Assembly (NCBI GenBank): GCA_014905635.1
Contig: JABVCE010000005.1
Coordinates: 558,001 to 622,000, forward strand
DNA length: 64,000 nucleotides
Origin: Scenedesmus sp. PABB004
Taxonomy: Eukaryota
Reading direction: 5' to 3'
Both the position numbers and the translations under genes were made by a program. Shown here one piece after another: positions 47,301 to 64,000 of the stretch (its first letter is position 1; the number at the start of each line of letters is the position of its first letter). Under the pieces are notes generated by a model, which saw only the letters and a list, made by a program, of their open reading frames with translations, was not told where the DNA came from and made no database searches.

Positions 47301-48479
47301 GCCGCCTCGCCTGCCGCCCGCCGCCGCAGGCGCGCGTGGCCGCCGCGGAGCAGGCCGCGGCGAGCGCCAAGGCCGCCGCCGTGGACGCCGCCGGCCGCGC
47401 CAGCCGTGCGGCGCAGCGGCTTGACGTCACCGAGCAGGCGCTCGCGGACGCGCAGGCGGCGGCCGAGGAGGCGCAGGCGCTGGCGGCGCAGCAGCGGGAC
47501 GAGGCCAGGCAGCTGGAGGACGGGCTGCGCCGCAAGCTCGGCAACGAGGCGGCGGCGCGGCGCGGCGCCGAGGAGGAGCTGTCGCGCGTGCGCCAGGAGC
47601 TCGGGCAGCTGCAGGGCATGCTCGGCCCCGGCGCGCTCGGCGCGCTGGGCGGGCCGGCGCAGGCGCCCGCGCAGCAGCAGGGCGGCGGCGACGCGTGGCG
47701 CGGCGGCACGGGCCCGCCGGCGCTGGCCGCGCCGGGGCTCAAGTGGGTGCTCGTCCGCGACGGCGACGACGACGACGGCGCGCCCGGCAGCCAGCCCGGC
47801 ACGCCGCGCTCGGGCGCGCTGTCGCCCGGCGGCGGGCGGCCGCTCGTGGCGCAGGGCAGCGCGGCGAGCAGCGCCGCGGCGGCGGGGATGTTTGACGAGC
47901 TGCTGCACAGCGCCGCGAGCGACGCCGCGTCGCTGGCCGGCGGTGCCGCCGGCGCCGCGCCGCCCAGCCCCAGCGGCAGCGCGGCCGCGCTCGCGGCGCA
48001 GCAGCGCCACCTCGCCGCGCGGCTCGGCGCCGGCAGCGTCGGCGAGGCGCAGGTGCAGCGGATGCGCGCCGCGCTGCGCCAGAAGGCAGGCGAGTGCGCC
48101 GCGCTCGAGGGCCGGCTGCGCGAGCTGGAGCAGACGCGCGACAACCTCGCGGGCGAGCTCGTGCGCGCGACGCAGGACGCCGAAAAGGTGCGAGGCGGCG
48201 GGCCGCCAGCGGCGCGCACCACGCGCCGGCGCCCCGCCGCCGCGCGCCGCCGACGCCGCCCGCTCCGCGCGTCCTTCGCAGGCCGCCGACGCGGCGCGCG
48301 AGCTGCCGCGGCTGCAGGCGGAGCACGCCGAGCTGCGCGCGCGCTACGCGGCGGCGGTGGAGCTGGTCGGCGAGCGCGACGAGGCGCTGGAGGAGATGGC
48401 GGCCGACCTGGCCGACGTCAAGGGCCTCTTCAGGGCGCAGATTGAGGCGCTGCTCGCCGCGCAGCCGCCGCCGGCGTGA
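43950..48479 (+). CDS. TMF1: TMF1 / golgin candidate 5 homologue (coiled coil), multi-exon
   Basis: LMEEGQKLSKRQLDLEGLVKKLRAQ; KLPEATAPLLRQI; C-terminal RYAAAVELVGERDEALEEMAADLADVKGLFRAQIEAL; long Gln/Glu-rich low-complexity region. Confidence 0.88.
45270..45363 (+). repeat. 30-bp coding tandem repeat x3 (QPLDLQPEQA)
   Basis: CAGCCGCTGGACCTGCAGC(C/A)GGAGCAGGC(A/G) repeats with period 30 inside the TMF1-like gene. Confidence 0.9.
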
Positions 48480-49186
48480 TCAGAGGTGGGCCACGCGGTC
48501 CAGGCTTGACGTGCAGCGCGGCGGCGGCGGCGCAGCCCCCGCGGCGGTGGGGCGGAGGCGGGCAGCATCAGCAGCGGCGGCACCGTCGCCGCGGTGACAT
48601 GCGTCTCATCCGGGCCCGCGCGCGTTGGTTGAGGCTATGGAGTGATTTCCTGTGTCGTCGAACCGTCGGCGGGGCTGCCGCAGCTGCCAGCAGTCCGTGG
48701 GACCTGGGCGCAGCTGGCGAACGTCGGGTCATCGCCCTCGCTGCGCTCAGCCCCGCCGCCCGCGCCGCTCCGCCCATATAGCCGCCTGCCCGGACCGCTC
48801 TCCCACAGCACCCGAACGGCCCTCCACGATTCTGCAGCAGCGAGCTGCCCGCGTTCGCCCGCCACCGCCCACCACCGCAGCCAGCGCCCGTGAGCGCGCA
48901 GCTCCCCGTCAGACCACCACCCCTCATCTCCAGACCAGGTGGGCCGCGCTTGCCGCGAGCGCTGCGCGCCTGCGCTCGCGCGGTCAGCGCGATGATGGCT
49001 GCGGTCAGCTGCGGCCGCCCCCAGCGGCGCCCGCGCCCGCCGTGCCGCGGCAGCGCCGTGCGCGGCATGCGGGCAGCGACTCGGGCTGCGCCCCGGCGCG
49101 CCGCGCCAGCTGGATCGCGCCGGCCGGCTCAGCTGCCGCCGGCTCGCCTTGACGCCGCCGCTCCGCCGCCGCCCGCAGCCGCCGCG

Positions 49187-50729
49187 ATGAAGGCCCCCGC
49201 TCTCGCCGCGCTGCTGCTTCTCGCCGGCGTCGCGTCAGGTGCGCACCTGGGCGGGCGCGCACACCCACACACCTTGGCGTCGCCGCCGCCCGCCCGCTGC
49301 TGCGTTCGCGCGCGTGACCGCGCCCCTGACCGCGCCCGCCCCGCCGCCGCGCCGCAGCCGCCGCGGCGCGCGAGCTGAAGGGCAGGAACTCTCCCTACTG
49401 GGCCCAGGTCTGGGGCGTGGGCGCCTGCCCCGGCGTGGTCGGCTTTGGCCCGTCGCGCGCGTTTGCGCTGCCGTCGCACGGGCTGGTGGCCGGGTCGGTG
49501 CAGTTCCTCAACCGCGGGCCCAACCCCTTCTACCTGAGCGGCGCCGGCTTTCATGTCGGCGCGCGCGGCGGCCTCCCGCCGCTCAAGGGCGCGCTGCGCT
49601 GCCCCGCCCAGGTGCGCGCCGCGCGCCGCGGCGCGCGCCGCGACCGCACCCTCCCGCGCTCACCCGCGCTCACCCGCCCAACCCGCACCGCCGCGCGCAG
49701 GTCATCCCCCCCGGCGGCGCGCTGAGCTGCGGCTTTGTCGCGCCCACGCCCGCGCCGCTCGCGTACAACACGCTGCAGCCCTACTTCACGCCCACCAACG
49801 CGCCCTCGGCCTGCCTCTGCGCCGCGCCGCTGCCCGTCGCGCCGCTCCTCGCGCCGGCGGCGCGCGTCGGCGGCGGCGGGCCGGCGACCTCGCTCGCGGC
49901 GTCGAGCGCTGTCGCGCGCGCCGGCCCCGCGACGGGGCTCTCGGACGCGCTCGCGCAGGCGTTTGGCGGCGCGCCCGGCTTTGCGCAGGCGCTGACCAAG
50001 GCGCAGACGCTGTCCGGCGGCGACGCGGCCGGCTTTGCCAACGCCGTCGCCGAGGCGTGCTTCGGCCCCGCCCGGGCCGAGGCGGTGACGACCGCGAGCG
50101 CGCTTGGCGCGGGCCGCGCCGCCGCCAACGCCAAGGGCCTCGCGCGCTCGTGGGGCGGCCCCGCGCTCTCCACCGCGTCGGCGACCGCGGCGGCGGCGCT
50201 CGGCGCGGCGGCCGCCAACTCGCACGCGGCCGCGTCGGCGGCCGGCGGCGCCGCGAGCGCCGCCAACAAGGCGGCCGCGGCCGGCAAGTTTGGCGCCGCC
50301 GCGACCGGCTCCGCCTCGGCGGCGGCGCTCGGCGGCCCCGCGCTCGCGCAGAGCGGGTCGGCGGCGACCGCCGGCTGCGGCCCCGCGAGCGCGAGCAACA
50401 CCGCGGGCGCGCTCTCCAACACCGCCGCGCTCGCCGCCGGCTCCGCGCTCGCCACGACGGGCTGCGGCCCCGCGGCGGCGCGCTCCTCGAGCGGCGCGGT
50501 CGTCACTGGCGGCGCGGGCCCGGCGCTGGCGACCGACAGCGCCAAGGCGGCCGGCAGCACGGCCGACGCGCGGTCGGCGGCGTCCGCGGTCAACGGCGGC
50601 GTCGGGCCCGCCGTCGCCGAGTCCAACGCCGTCGCGGCGGGCAAGTGGGAGAGCGCGGCGAGCAGCTCGGCCAACGCCGTCGCCGCCAACGGCCCCGCCA
50701 TCGCGCGCTCGAGCGCGGTCAGCGGCTGA
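49187..50729 (+). CDS. Secreted Ala/Gly/Ser-rich repeat protein of unknown function (3 exons)
   Basis: Signal peptide MKAPALAALLLLAGVAS; small Cys-containing N-terminal domain; about 19 imperfect ~15-aa repeats, many starting GPA/GAA; stop at 50729. Confidence 0.75.
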
Positions 50730-51334
50730 GCTGCCGGGCTGGCCGGCTAGCTACAGCTGCAGCCGCGGGTGTGTGCGCTGTGTGTGTGTCGATAGCTTGC
50801 CGCGTGTAGAGCCTGTGCACAGCAGCCCTGCATAAAGTCGCCGGCCCGGCCCGCCCGGTGCAGCGGGGGCTCGGGCGCGCCGCAGCGGCCGCCGCCCGCG
50901 CGGCGCGCGGCGTCCTGTGACGCGCGTGCCGCGGGGCTACCTCACCTGGGCTGCCGGGCGCGCGCTGAGACCTGAGACCTGGTTGTGATACCCATTGACC
51001 CGGGCCCCGGACGCCGCCTGCACAAGGCGGCGCGCGGCCCCTCCCTTTGACGCGCCGGTGCTGCGCAAGCGCCGCCACCCCCCACTCTGACTTGCCAAGC
51101 CCTGCGCGCCACACGAGCGCGCGTGCCGTCATCATAAGACCCCACTGCGCGGGACCTCGGGTAACTCTGACCCTCTGCTCTGTGGCCTTCGCGGCCAATC
51201 GACCGATCGAGCGCGGTCGCAGCGCGGCCAGCAATTACCTCCCAACCTGCAGCTGTGGCAGCATGCGCCACGTCAATGGTGCCAAGCCCCCAGCCCAACC
51301 TCGGCTCCGACTGCGCGCGCGCGCGCGCCCCGCC

Positions 51335-52421
51335 TCACGCCGCCTTGGGCTTGATGTCGTGCTCGGACGCCTCCTCGGGGTTGTCCTGCCAGAACCGCCA
51401 GTTGAGGGCGTTGGCGTACGCGACGAACGCGACATAGGGAAGCATCAGCTGCCCCGCGGTGGCGTTCACCGCCCAGAACTGCTCGGGCGGGCGGCGCCGG
51501 CGGCGGGCCCGGGGCGGGGCTGGCGCGGGGGCGCGGGCGGGGCGGGCGGGCGGCCGGCGGCTGTGGCGCCCTGCGGCGCCGGCGCCGCCGCCCCACCTCG
51601 CGCGTCGTGTACAGGGCCGCGGCAAAGAGCGCTGCGGGCCGCGACAGCGCGCGCCGGCGGCGGGGGCGGTGGGCGGGGCGCCGCCGTGTCGCGCGCGCCG
51701 GCAGCGCGGGGCCCGGCGGGCCGGCGAGCGCGGCCGCACCTGCGTTGTCCACCTGGGCCACGCCTGGGCGCTTGAGCATGAAAAACAGGGGCTGCGGCGG
51801 CGCGGCGGTGGTTGGGCGGCGGCCAGCTGCTGGGACGCCGCGCGGCGTGCACGCTGGCTGCAGCCCCGGCGAGCCAGCGCCAGCGGGGACCGCAGCGCGC
51901 GCCTGCCAGGCGAGGTTGAGCGCGAGCTGCCCGCCGTACGCCTTGATCGCGCGCGAGCCCCACCCGGCGTCGCGGCCAACCAGGTACGACGCGACGCCCA
52001 TGACGGCGTACAGCACGGCCCACTGGCGGGCTCGCAGGGCGGCGGCGGGGCTCGGGGCGCGGCGGCGGGCGCGCGAGCGCGCCGAGGCAGCGCGCCGCGC
52101 GGCCGCCGGCGGCCCGCACCGTCTGGCCGAACACGGGCGCCGGCGGCGCCCAACGCGGCTTGGAGAGCTTGGGGATGTACCAGCCGAAGACCTTGTTTGT
52201 TTGGATGGGGCAGGGGGGTGGCGGCGGGCTCGCGCGGCGGGCGGACAGCGGCGCTGCGGCCGCGCGCGCTGCGCCGGCCGCGCGCGCGCCAAGCGCGCGC
52301 TCACGGCGGGCAGGCTCGCGAGCCCCACGATCTGGCCGAGGCCCAGCGGCACGGCGACGCTCAGCAGCAGGGGGCCGTTCCTCAGCGCGCCGCCGAGCAG
52401 CGCGCCGAGCGCGGGCGCCAT
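51335..52421 (-). CDS. TSPO: TspO/MBR translocator protein, multi-exon
   Basis: WYIPKLSKPRWAPPAPVFG.T|WAVLYAVMGVASYLV; QLALNLAWQ|PLFF; AGQLMLPYVAFVAYANALN. Confidence 0.93.
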
Positions 52422-52835
52422 CGCGGCGGCGGCAGCGGCGCGGTGCGCAGCGGCGTGGTGCGCAGCGGCGTGGTGAGACGGTGGGGCTGCGGGCGGGAGC
52501 GTGGAACTGGAGCCGCCGGGAGCGCACGAGCGGCTGGGCACCGCAGCACGGCCGGCGCGCGCTGTGACTCACAACCTCGGCGGCGCCGGCCGCGGCGATG
52601 CCTGGCCCGCCAGTCGCTCGCCGCTGTCCACACACGCCGGTGCCGGCCCACGCGCGCCGCCGCCGCCGCTGCCGAGCGACGCGCGCAACCGCCGCTTGCG
52701 GGCGATCGCCGCCACCGCACTCGCGCACCTGCAAGCCGCCCAGCGCCGCAGATCGCAGCCGCGAGAATCCCAGCTCGCGCCGCCGCCGGCCTGCGTCGTC
52801 GCCGCGCGGGTGGCTGCCGGCGGCCGGCAGCAGCG

Positions 52836-54947
52836 ATGAGCGCCGCCGCCGCAGCGGCGCGCGGCGCCAGGGCGGGCCCCGGCGGGCTGGCTGCCAGGCC
52901 CTGCCCGCCACGGGCGGCCTTGGCGCACGCACGGCCGGCCGGCAGCATCGCCAGCGCAGCGGCGGGGCCGCGGGGCGGCCGGGCGCAACCGCCGCTGCTC
53001 GCAGCCGCGCCGCCGCGCCGGCGGCGGCCGGGCGTCGCGGCGCGCGCCGCGGCCGCCGCCGGGGACGCATCCCCGGCGTCCTCAGGTGGGGGCATGCGCG
53101 GCCGCGCCGCGCCGCGGGGCCGCGAAAGGCCGTGCGCCCACCGCGCGCCGCGGCCGCCGCTGCGGGCGCAGGCGACGCCGCGTGGTTCACGCGCGTGGTG
53201 CTGCCGCTGGCGCTGGTGCTGCTGGTGTGCAACATGGACCGCATCTGCCTCAGCGTCGCCATCCTGCCGATGGCGCAGGAGTTTGGCTGGTCCGCGAGCA
53301 AGCAGGCGCGCGGGCCGCCGCCGGCGCCGCGCCAGCGCTCCGCGGCGGTCGCGGCGGCCGCGGCGGCGGCGCGGCGCCTGCGTGTGCGAAAGCCTCGCGC
53401 CGCGCCACGCAGGGGCTCATCCAGAGCGCCTTCCTGTGGGGCTACACCGCCACGCAGCTGCTCGGCGGGCACCTGGCCGACCGCTACGGCGGCCGCGCCG
53501 TCATCGCGGCGGGCGTGCTCTGGTTCAGCATCGCCAGCCTGCTGCTGCCCGCCGCGCTCTCGCCGGGCATGGCGGCCGCGGGGCTCACGCTGCCCGCGGT
53601 GCTGCTCGCGCGGATGTGCGTGGTGCGTGCCGCGCGCTCGTGTTGCCGCCGCCGTCTGGGCAGCGCGCGCACGGGCGGCGCGGGGCCCGCCGCTCTCTCG
53701 CCGCTGCCGCGCGCCGACGCCGCGCCTGCCGCGCCGGCGCTGCCGCGCCGGCGCAGGGCCTGGGCGAGGGCGTGGCGCTGCCCAGCATGAGCAGCATGGT
53801 CTCCCGCCACGTGCCGCCGCCCGCCAAGGCGCGCGCGCTGGGCATGGCTTTCTCCGGCTTCCACTCGGGTGCGCGCGCGGCGCGGCGCAGCGCGGCGGGC
53901 GCGCCCGCGGAGGCGCCCGGCCACGGCCAGCGACGCCGGCGCCGCTCAACGCGCCGCCGCCGTCGCCGGCGCGGCAGGCAACCTGGTGGGCCTCGCGGTC
54001 TCGCCGCTCATCCTCGTGGCATTTGGCTGGAAGGCCCTCTTCCTCACGTTTGGCCTGCTCGGCGGCCCCCTCGTCGCGCTGTGGCTCGCGCTCACACCGC
54101 GTGCCGACGAGGCGCCGCCCGCGCAGCCGCCCACGCCGGCGCCGTCGCAGCCGTCGCAGCCGTCGCAGCCGGCGGGGGCGCCGGGCGGCGCCGGCGGCGG
54201 CGGCGACGCGCCGGTGAGCATGGGGCGGCTGCTGAGCCACCCCGCGACGTGGGCGATCATCATTGTGAACGTGGTCAACCACTGGGGCTACTTCATCTAC
54301 CTGAACTGGATGCCCTCATACTTCAGCAGGGTGCGGCAGCAGCGGCGGCGGACGGGGGCGGCATGCGCGCCGCAGGCAAGAGCGCGCGCGCGTGTCTCCG
54401 AGGCCGCGCCGCGACGCGCGCGCGCCGCTGCACCGGCTGACCGCGCGCGCCGCAGGCGCTCGGCTTTGACCTGCGCGCGTCGAGCTTCCTCTCGCTCGTG
54501 CCGTGGCTGGTCATGGCCGTCGGCAGCAGCGCGGCGGGGTTCCTCGCCGACGGCCTGCTCGCGCGCGGGGTGCACGTCACGACCGTGCGCAAGGCGCTGC
54601 AGAGCGTGAGCATGCTCGTCCCCGCCGCCGCGCTGGGCGTGCTGGCCGACCCGGGCATCTCCCCCGGCGCCGCCGTCACGGCGATGACGGCGGCGCTCGG
54701 CGTGACGTCGCTCGGGCAGGCGGGGTTTGTGGCCAACATGAGCGACATCGCCCCCCGCCAGGCGGGGCAGATGTTTGGGCTCTGCAACACCTTTGGCTGC
54801 CTCTCCGGCATCGCGGGCGTGCTGAGCGTGGGGCTCATCGTCGAGGCGACCGGGTCGTTCGTGCCGGTGTTCCAGATCACCGCCGCGATGTACGTCGCCG
54901 CGGTGGCCGCCTGGAACCTGCTCTGCACCGGGGAGCGCGTGTTCTGA
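52836..54947 (+). CDS. PHT4-type anion/phosphate transporter (MFS, ACS family), plastid-targeted, multi-exon
   Basis: LLVCNMDRICLSVAILPMAQEFGW; GLIQSAFLWGYTATQLLGGHLADRYGG; GLGEGVALP; NHWGYFIYLNWMPSYF; DIAPRQAGQMFGLCNTFG. Confidence 0.92.
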
Positions 54948-55146
54948 CGCGCGTCGTGCGCGCGCAAGAGAGGGAGCGCCGAGCGGCTGATCGGACCCGC
55001 GCTGCCGCGCGTGGGGCGGCGGCGCGGCGAGCTGGGCGCGGCGCGGCGCTGGGCGGCTGCTTGGGCGCGCGGCGCGCTCGGTAAGCCTCGGCCCGGCGAG
55101 CGCACGTTGCACGCGCGGCAGGTCAGCAACAGCCACGGCGCCGCGC

Positions 55147-61408
<6,262 letters not shown>

Positions 61409-61887
61409 ACCGGCGGCGCTGCGCGGCGCCGGCCGCGGCGCAGCAGCAGCAGCGGCGCGCCGCGCCGGCGGCCGCGCCGCGCCGCCTGCGCCGGCGGCCG
61501 GCCGGGCGCGATGCCGCGCTGGGCGGTTCAGGGGCACGCCGCGGGTCCGGGGCCGGCTCGGGCGGGCACCGAGGGCGTCGGGGCGGGTGGGCAGCAGCTG
61601 GGGCTGGCCCTGATGCCGCGGCTCCCCGCGCAGTTGGCCCCCGGGCGCGGCTGCGCTCGCGCGGTGCGTATGTGTGAGTGGGGGGCACGACGAGGTGGGA
61701 CGCGGCGCGGTCGCAGGGCGCCTGAACACGCGGCAGCAGCAGCAGCGGGGTCACAAGTATGAGCCCTGGTCCCGGCGCGAGCTGATCACGGCCGCCCCGC
61801 ATTCCTGGACGCGCACAGCCCGCACGGCCGCCCGACTCGCCTGCTCGCTGCCCGTTCGCCGTCGTTCCGGAGCGCCTGCGCCGCGAG

Positions 61888-62715
61888 ATGCGGTCGATAC
61901 TCGCCGTTTTGCGGCGCGGCGCGCCCGCCTGGGCGGCCGGCGCGCGCTACAGCGTGGCGGTGGTCGTGCCGAGCCTGGGGGAGTCGATCCAGGACGGCAC
62001 CATCTGCGCCGTGCTCAAGCGCTCGGGCGAGGCGGTGAAAGAGAACGAGGTGATCGCCCAGATAGAGACGGACAAAGTCACCATCGACATCAAGGCCCCC
62101 TCCGACGGTGCGGCGGCGCGCCGGGCACGCACGCGGCGGCGGCGCCGGCGACAGCGCCGTGCGCGCGGCACCGGCGAGCGCGCGCCCGCGGCGCCGCCGC
62201 CGCCGCGCAGGCGTGCTGGTGGGCGTGGTGTGCCAGGAGCAGGACACGGTCGTGCCGGGGCAGCTCGTCGCGACGCTGGACGACTCGGCGGCGCAGGCGG
62301 GGCTCATCGGCGCGGCGCCGCCCGCGACCCCGGGCGCGGCGGCGGCGGCGGCGCAGCCCGCAGCGCCGGCGCCGCAGCAGGTCGCGGCGGCGGCGCCCGC
62401 GCAGCAGCACCGCGTGCCGGGCATCCGTTTCCCGCCGCGCGTGACGGCCGACGGCCGGCGCGTGAGCAGCCTGCCGGCGGCCGAGGCGGCCGCGCTCGTG
62501 GCGCAGTGGCGCGGCGGCGCGGCCGGCGAGGCAGCGCCCGCCGCCCCGCAGCGGCGGCGCCGGCGGCGCCGCGGCCGCCCGCGCCGGCGGCGGCGGCGCC
62601 GGCCGCGCCGAGCAAGTTTGCGAGCAGCATGACGCGGCTGGCGGAGATGCCGGCGCGGCGAGAGCTGAGCGCGCGCGAGATGGAGGCGATTGAGCTGGGC
62701 GGCGCGCCGCCGTGA
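61888..62715 (+). CDS. Mitochondrial lipoyl-domain protein with KGD4/MRPS36-like C-terminal motifs; apparent 1-nt frameshift near 62547
   Basis: Presequence MRSILAVLRRG...ARYS; lipoyl domain VPSLGESIQDGTI...QIETDKVTIDIKAPSDG|VLV...DTVVPGQLVATL; then PGIRFPPR and, in a shifted frame, RRELSAREMEAIELGGA*. Confidence 0.75.
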   Translation: MRSILAVLRRGAPAWAAGARYSVAVVVPSLGESIQDGTICAVLKRSGEAVKENEVIAQIETDKVTIDIKAPSDGAAARRARTRRRRRRQRRARGTGERAPAAPPPPRRRAGGRGVPGAGHGRAGAARRDAGRLGGAGGAHRRGAARDPGRGGGGGAARSAGAAAGRGGGARAAAPRAGHPFPAARDGRRPAREQPAGGRGGRARGAVARRRGRRGSARRPAAAAPAAPRPPAPAAAAPAAPSKFASSMTRLAEMPARRELSAREMEAIELGGAPP

Positions 62716-62909
62716 GCCAGCCTGTGCGGCGGCGGGGACGGGCTCTCTATTTCTCTGATTCTCTTCTCTTTCCAGCCCGGGCAACAGACAGGCGGCCGTG
62801 CCTCGGCAATGCGCCGCGCACGCCGCGCTCGCCGCTGCCGCAGCGCGCGCCTCTCCCTCACTCCCTCCTGCTCGCCCCCGCGCCAGCCCGCCGCGCGCGC
62901 CGCGCTCAG

Positions 62910-63941
62910 CTAGCTGGCCGCGCCCGCCGCCCAGGGCTGCTGCTCGGGGTAGAAGCTGCCGCCGTAGACGACGTGCCAGTCGGTGAGACCGACCAGCCAG
63001 TGCTGCCAGCCTGCGGGAACGCGGCCGCGGCGGCGGGCGGCGCGGTCGGACGCCGCGCTCGGCGCGCGGCGCCCGGGCCCCGCGCGGGGCACACGGCGCG
63101 CTAAAAACGCGGCGCGGCGCGCACCCGCGGGCATGTAGAGCGCGGTGCCGCTCCACTCGGCGCCCGGCAGCGGGACGCCGTCGTCCTGCAGGAGGAAGTA
63201 GTAGCCGCCCGCCGCGCGCACGTCGTCGAGCAGCTGCCGCGTCGGGCGCAGCAGCAGCCCGGGGTCGCCGCCCGGCGGCAGCGTCGTGTCGCCCGGCGGC
63301 AGCAGCAGCGTGAGCTTCGCGCCCTCGCAGATGGCGAGGTAGGTGCTGACCGGCGTGCGGGTGCCGCCCGCGCAGGCGTTGTCCTTGTCGAAATGCAGGC
63401 CGATCGAGGCGTTGCCGCGCCCAAAGATGACCTGGTCGTACGTCGGCACGTGCCCGCCCGCCGGCCACCACGCGGGGTGCTGCACCTGCTCGATCAGCGA
63501 GCACCAGTACGGCCGCCGCGCCTCCTCGGCGTCGGCGAGCGCGGCGACCGCCATGTCCCAGCTTGAAAGTTTGACGTGCACGTTCTCCACTCTCACCGAC
63601 ACGTATTTTGATGCGTAGCCGCCGTAGTTGTACAGCGCGTGCCCCAGGTTGCGCGGCTTCAGCGGCAGCACGCCCGCGTCCTTGGTGAGCAGCGGGCCGT
63701 CCAGCAGCGCGCGCGGCCCGGCGGCGGCGATGTCGGCGCCCGACAGCAGCGGCGGCGCCCACATGGCGCACCCCAGCGCCTCCACCGCCGCGGTCACGCC
63801 CTCGACCGTGGGCGCCGGCGCCGGCGCGCCCACGGCCGCGACCGCGCGGGGCACCAGGGCCGCTGCTGCTCGCCGGCGGCTGCTCGCTGCTGGCGCTGCT
63901 CCCCGCATGCGCTGCGCGCCGGCCGCGATCCTGGTCTTCAT
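62910..63941 (-). CDS. JmjC-type 2OG/Fe(II) oxygenase with a transit-peptide-like N-terminus (2 exons)
   Basis: SIGLHFDKD (HxD), YLAICEGAK, ALYMPA|GWQHWLV (distal His); in-frame 114-nt GT-AG intron at 63011-63124. Confidence 0.75.
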   Translation of the reverse strand: MKTRIAAGAQRMRGAAPAASSRRRAAAALVPRAVAAVGAPAPAPTVEGVTAAVEALGCAMWAPPLLSGADIAAAGPRALLDGPLLTKDAGVLPLKPRNLGHALYNYGGYASKYVSVRVENVHVKLSSWDMAVAALADAEEARRPYWCSLIEQVQHPAWWPAGGHVPTYDQVIFGRGNASIGLHFDKDNACAGGTRTPVSTYLAICEGAKLTLLLPPGDTTLPPGGDPGLLLRPTRQLLDDVRAAGGYYFLLQDDGVPLPGAEWSGTALYMPAGARRAAFLARRVPRAGPGRRAPSAASDRAARRRGRVPAGWQHWLVGLTDWHVVYGGSFYPEQQPWAAGAAS

Positions 63942-64000
63942 GATGCGCCTCGCCAATTCCGGCCGCGGGCGAACTGGGGCGCGGCTCGCTCGGAGGCGTG

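Overview
Gene-dense, extremely GC-rich (roughly 80% by eye) eukaryotic nuclear DNA with many short spliceosomal introns. Plastid-targeted genes (PRPL17, LPA3, PAO-like Rieske protein, PHT4-type transporter, OPR-like protein) point to a chlorophyte green alga. About 24 protein-coding genes can be assembled by hand from exon fragments: RAD54, synaptotagmin-like, Sec61beta, PAO-like, HIRAN+HNH-like, PRPL17, Faf1/DUF4602-like, NAT9, RAMA+CW, LPA3, DUF151 nuclease, secreted LpqC-like esterase, aromatic amino-acid decarboxylase, OPR-like, TMF1/golgin, secreted Ala/Gly repeat protein, TSPO, PHT4, CTR9, lipoyl+KGD4-like, JmjC and three orphans. Most long ORFs in the supplied track are GC-driven shadow frames. 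The standout non-coding feature is a ~1.6 kb stretch (35.15-36.8 kb) with at least five long hairpins, including a duplicated unit and two with related arms. Their G:U wobbles favour the + strand, which fits a polycistronic miRNA-like precursor cluster. Other notable points: frequent GC-AG introns, a lipoyl-domain/KGD4-like fusion, and three single-base frameshifts that are probably assembly errors. All family calls rest on motifs recognised by eye, not on database searches.
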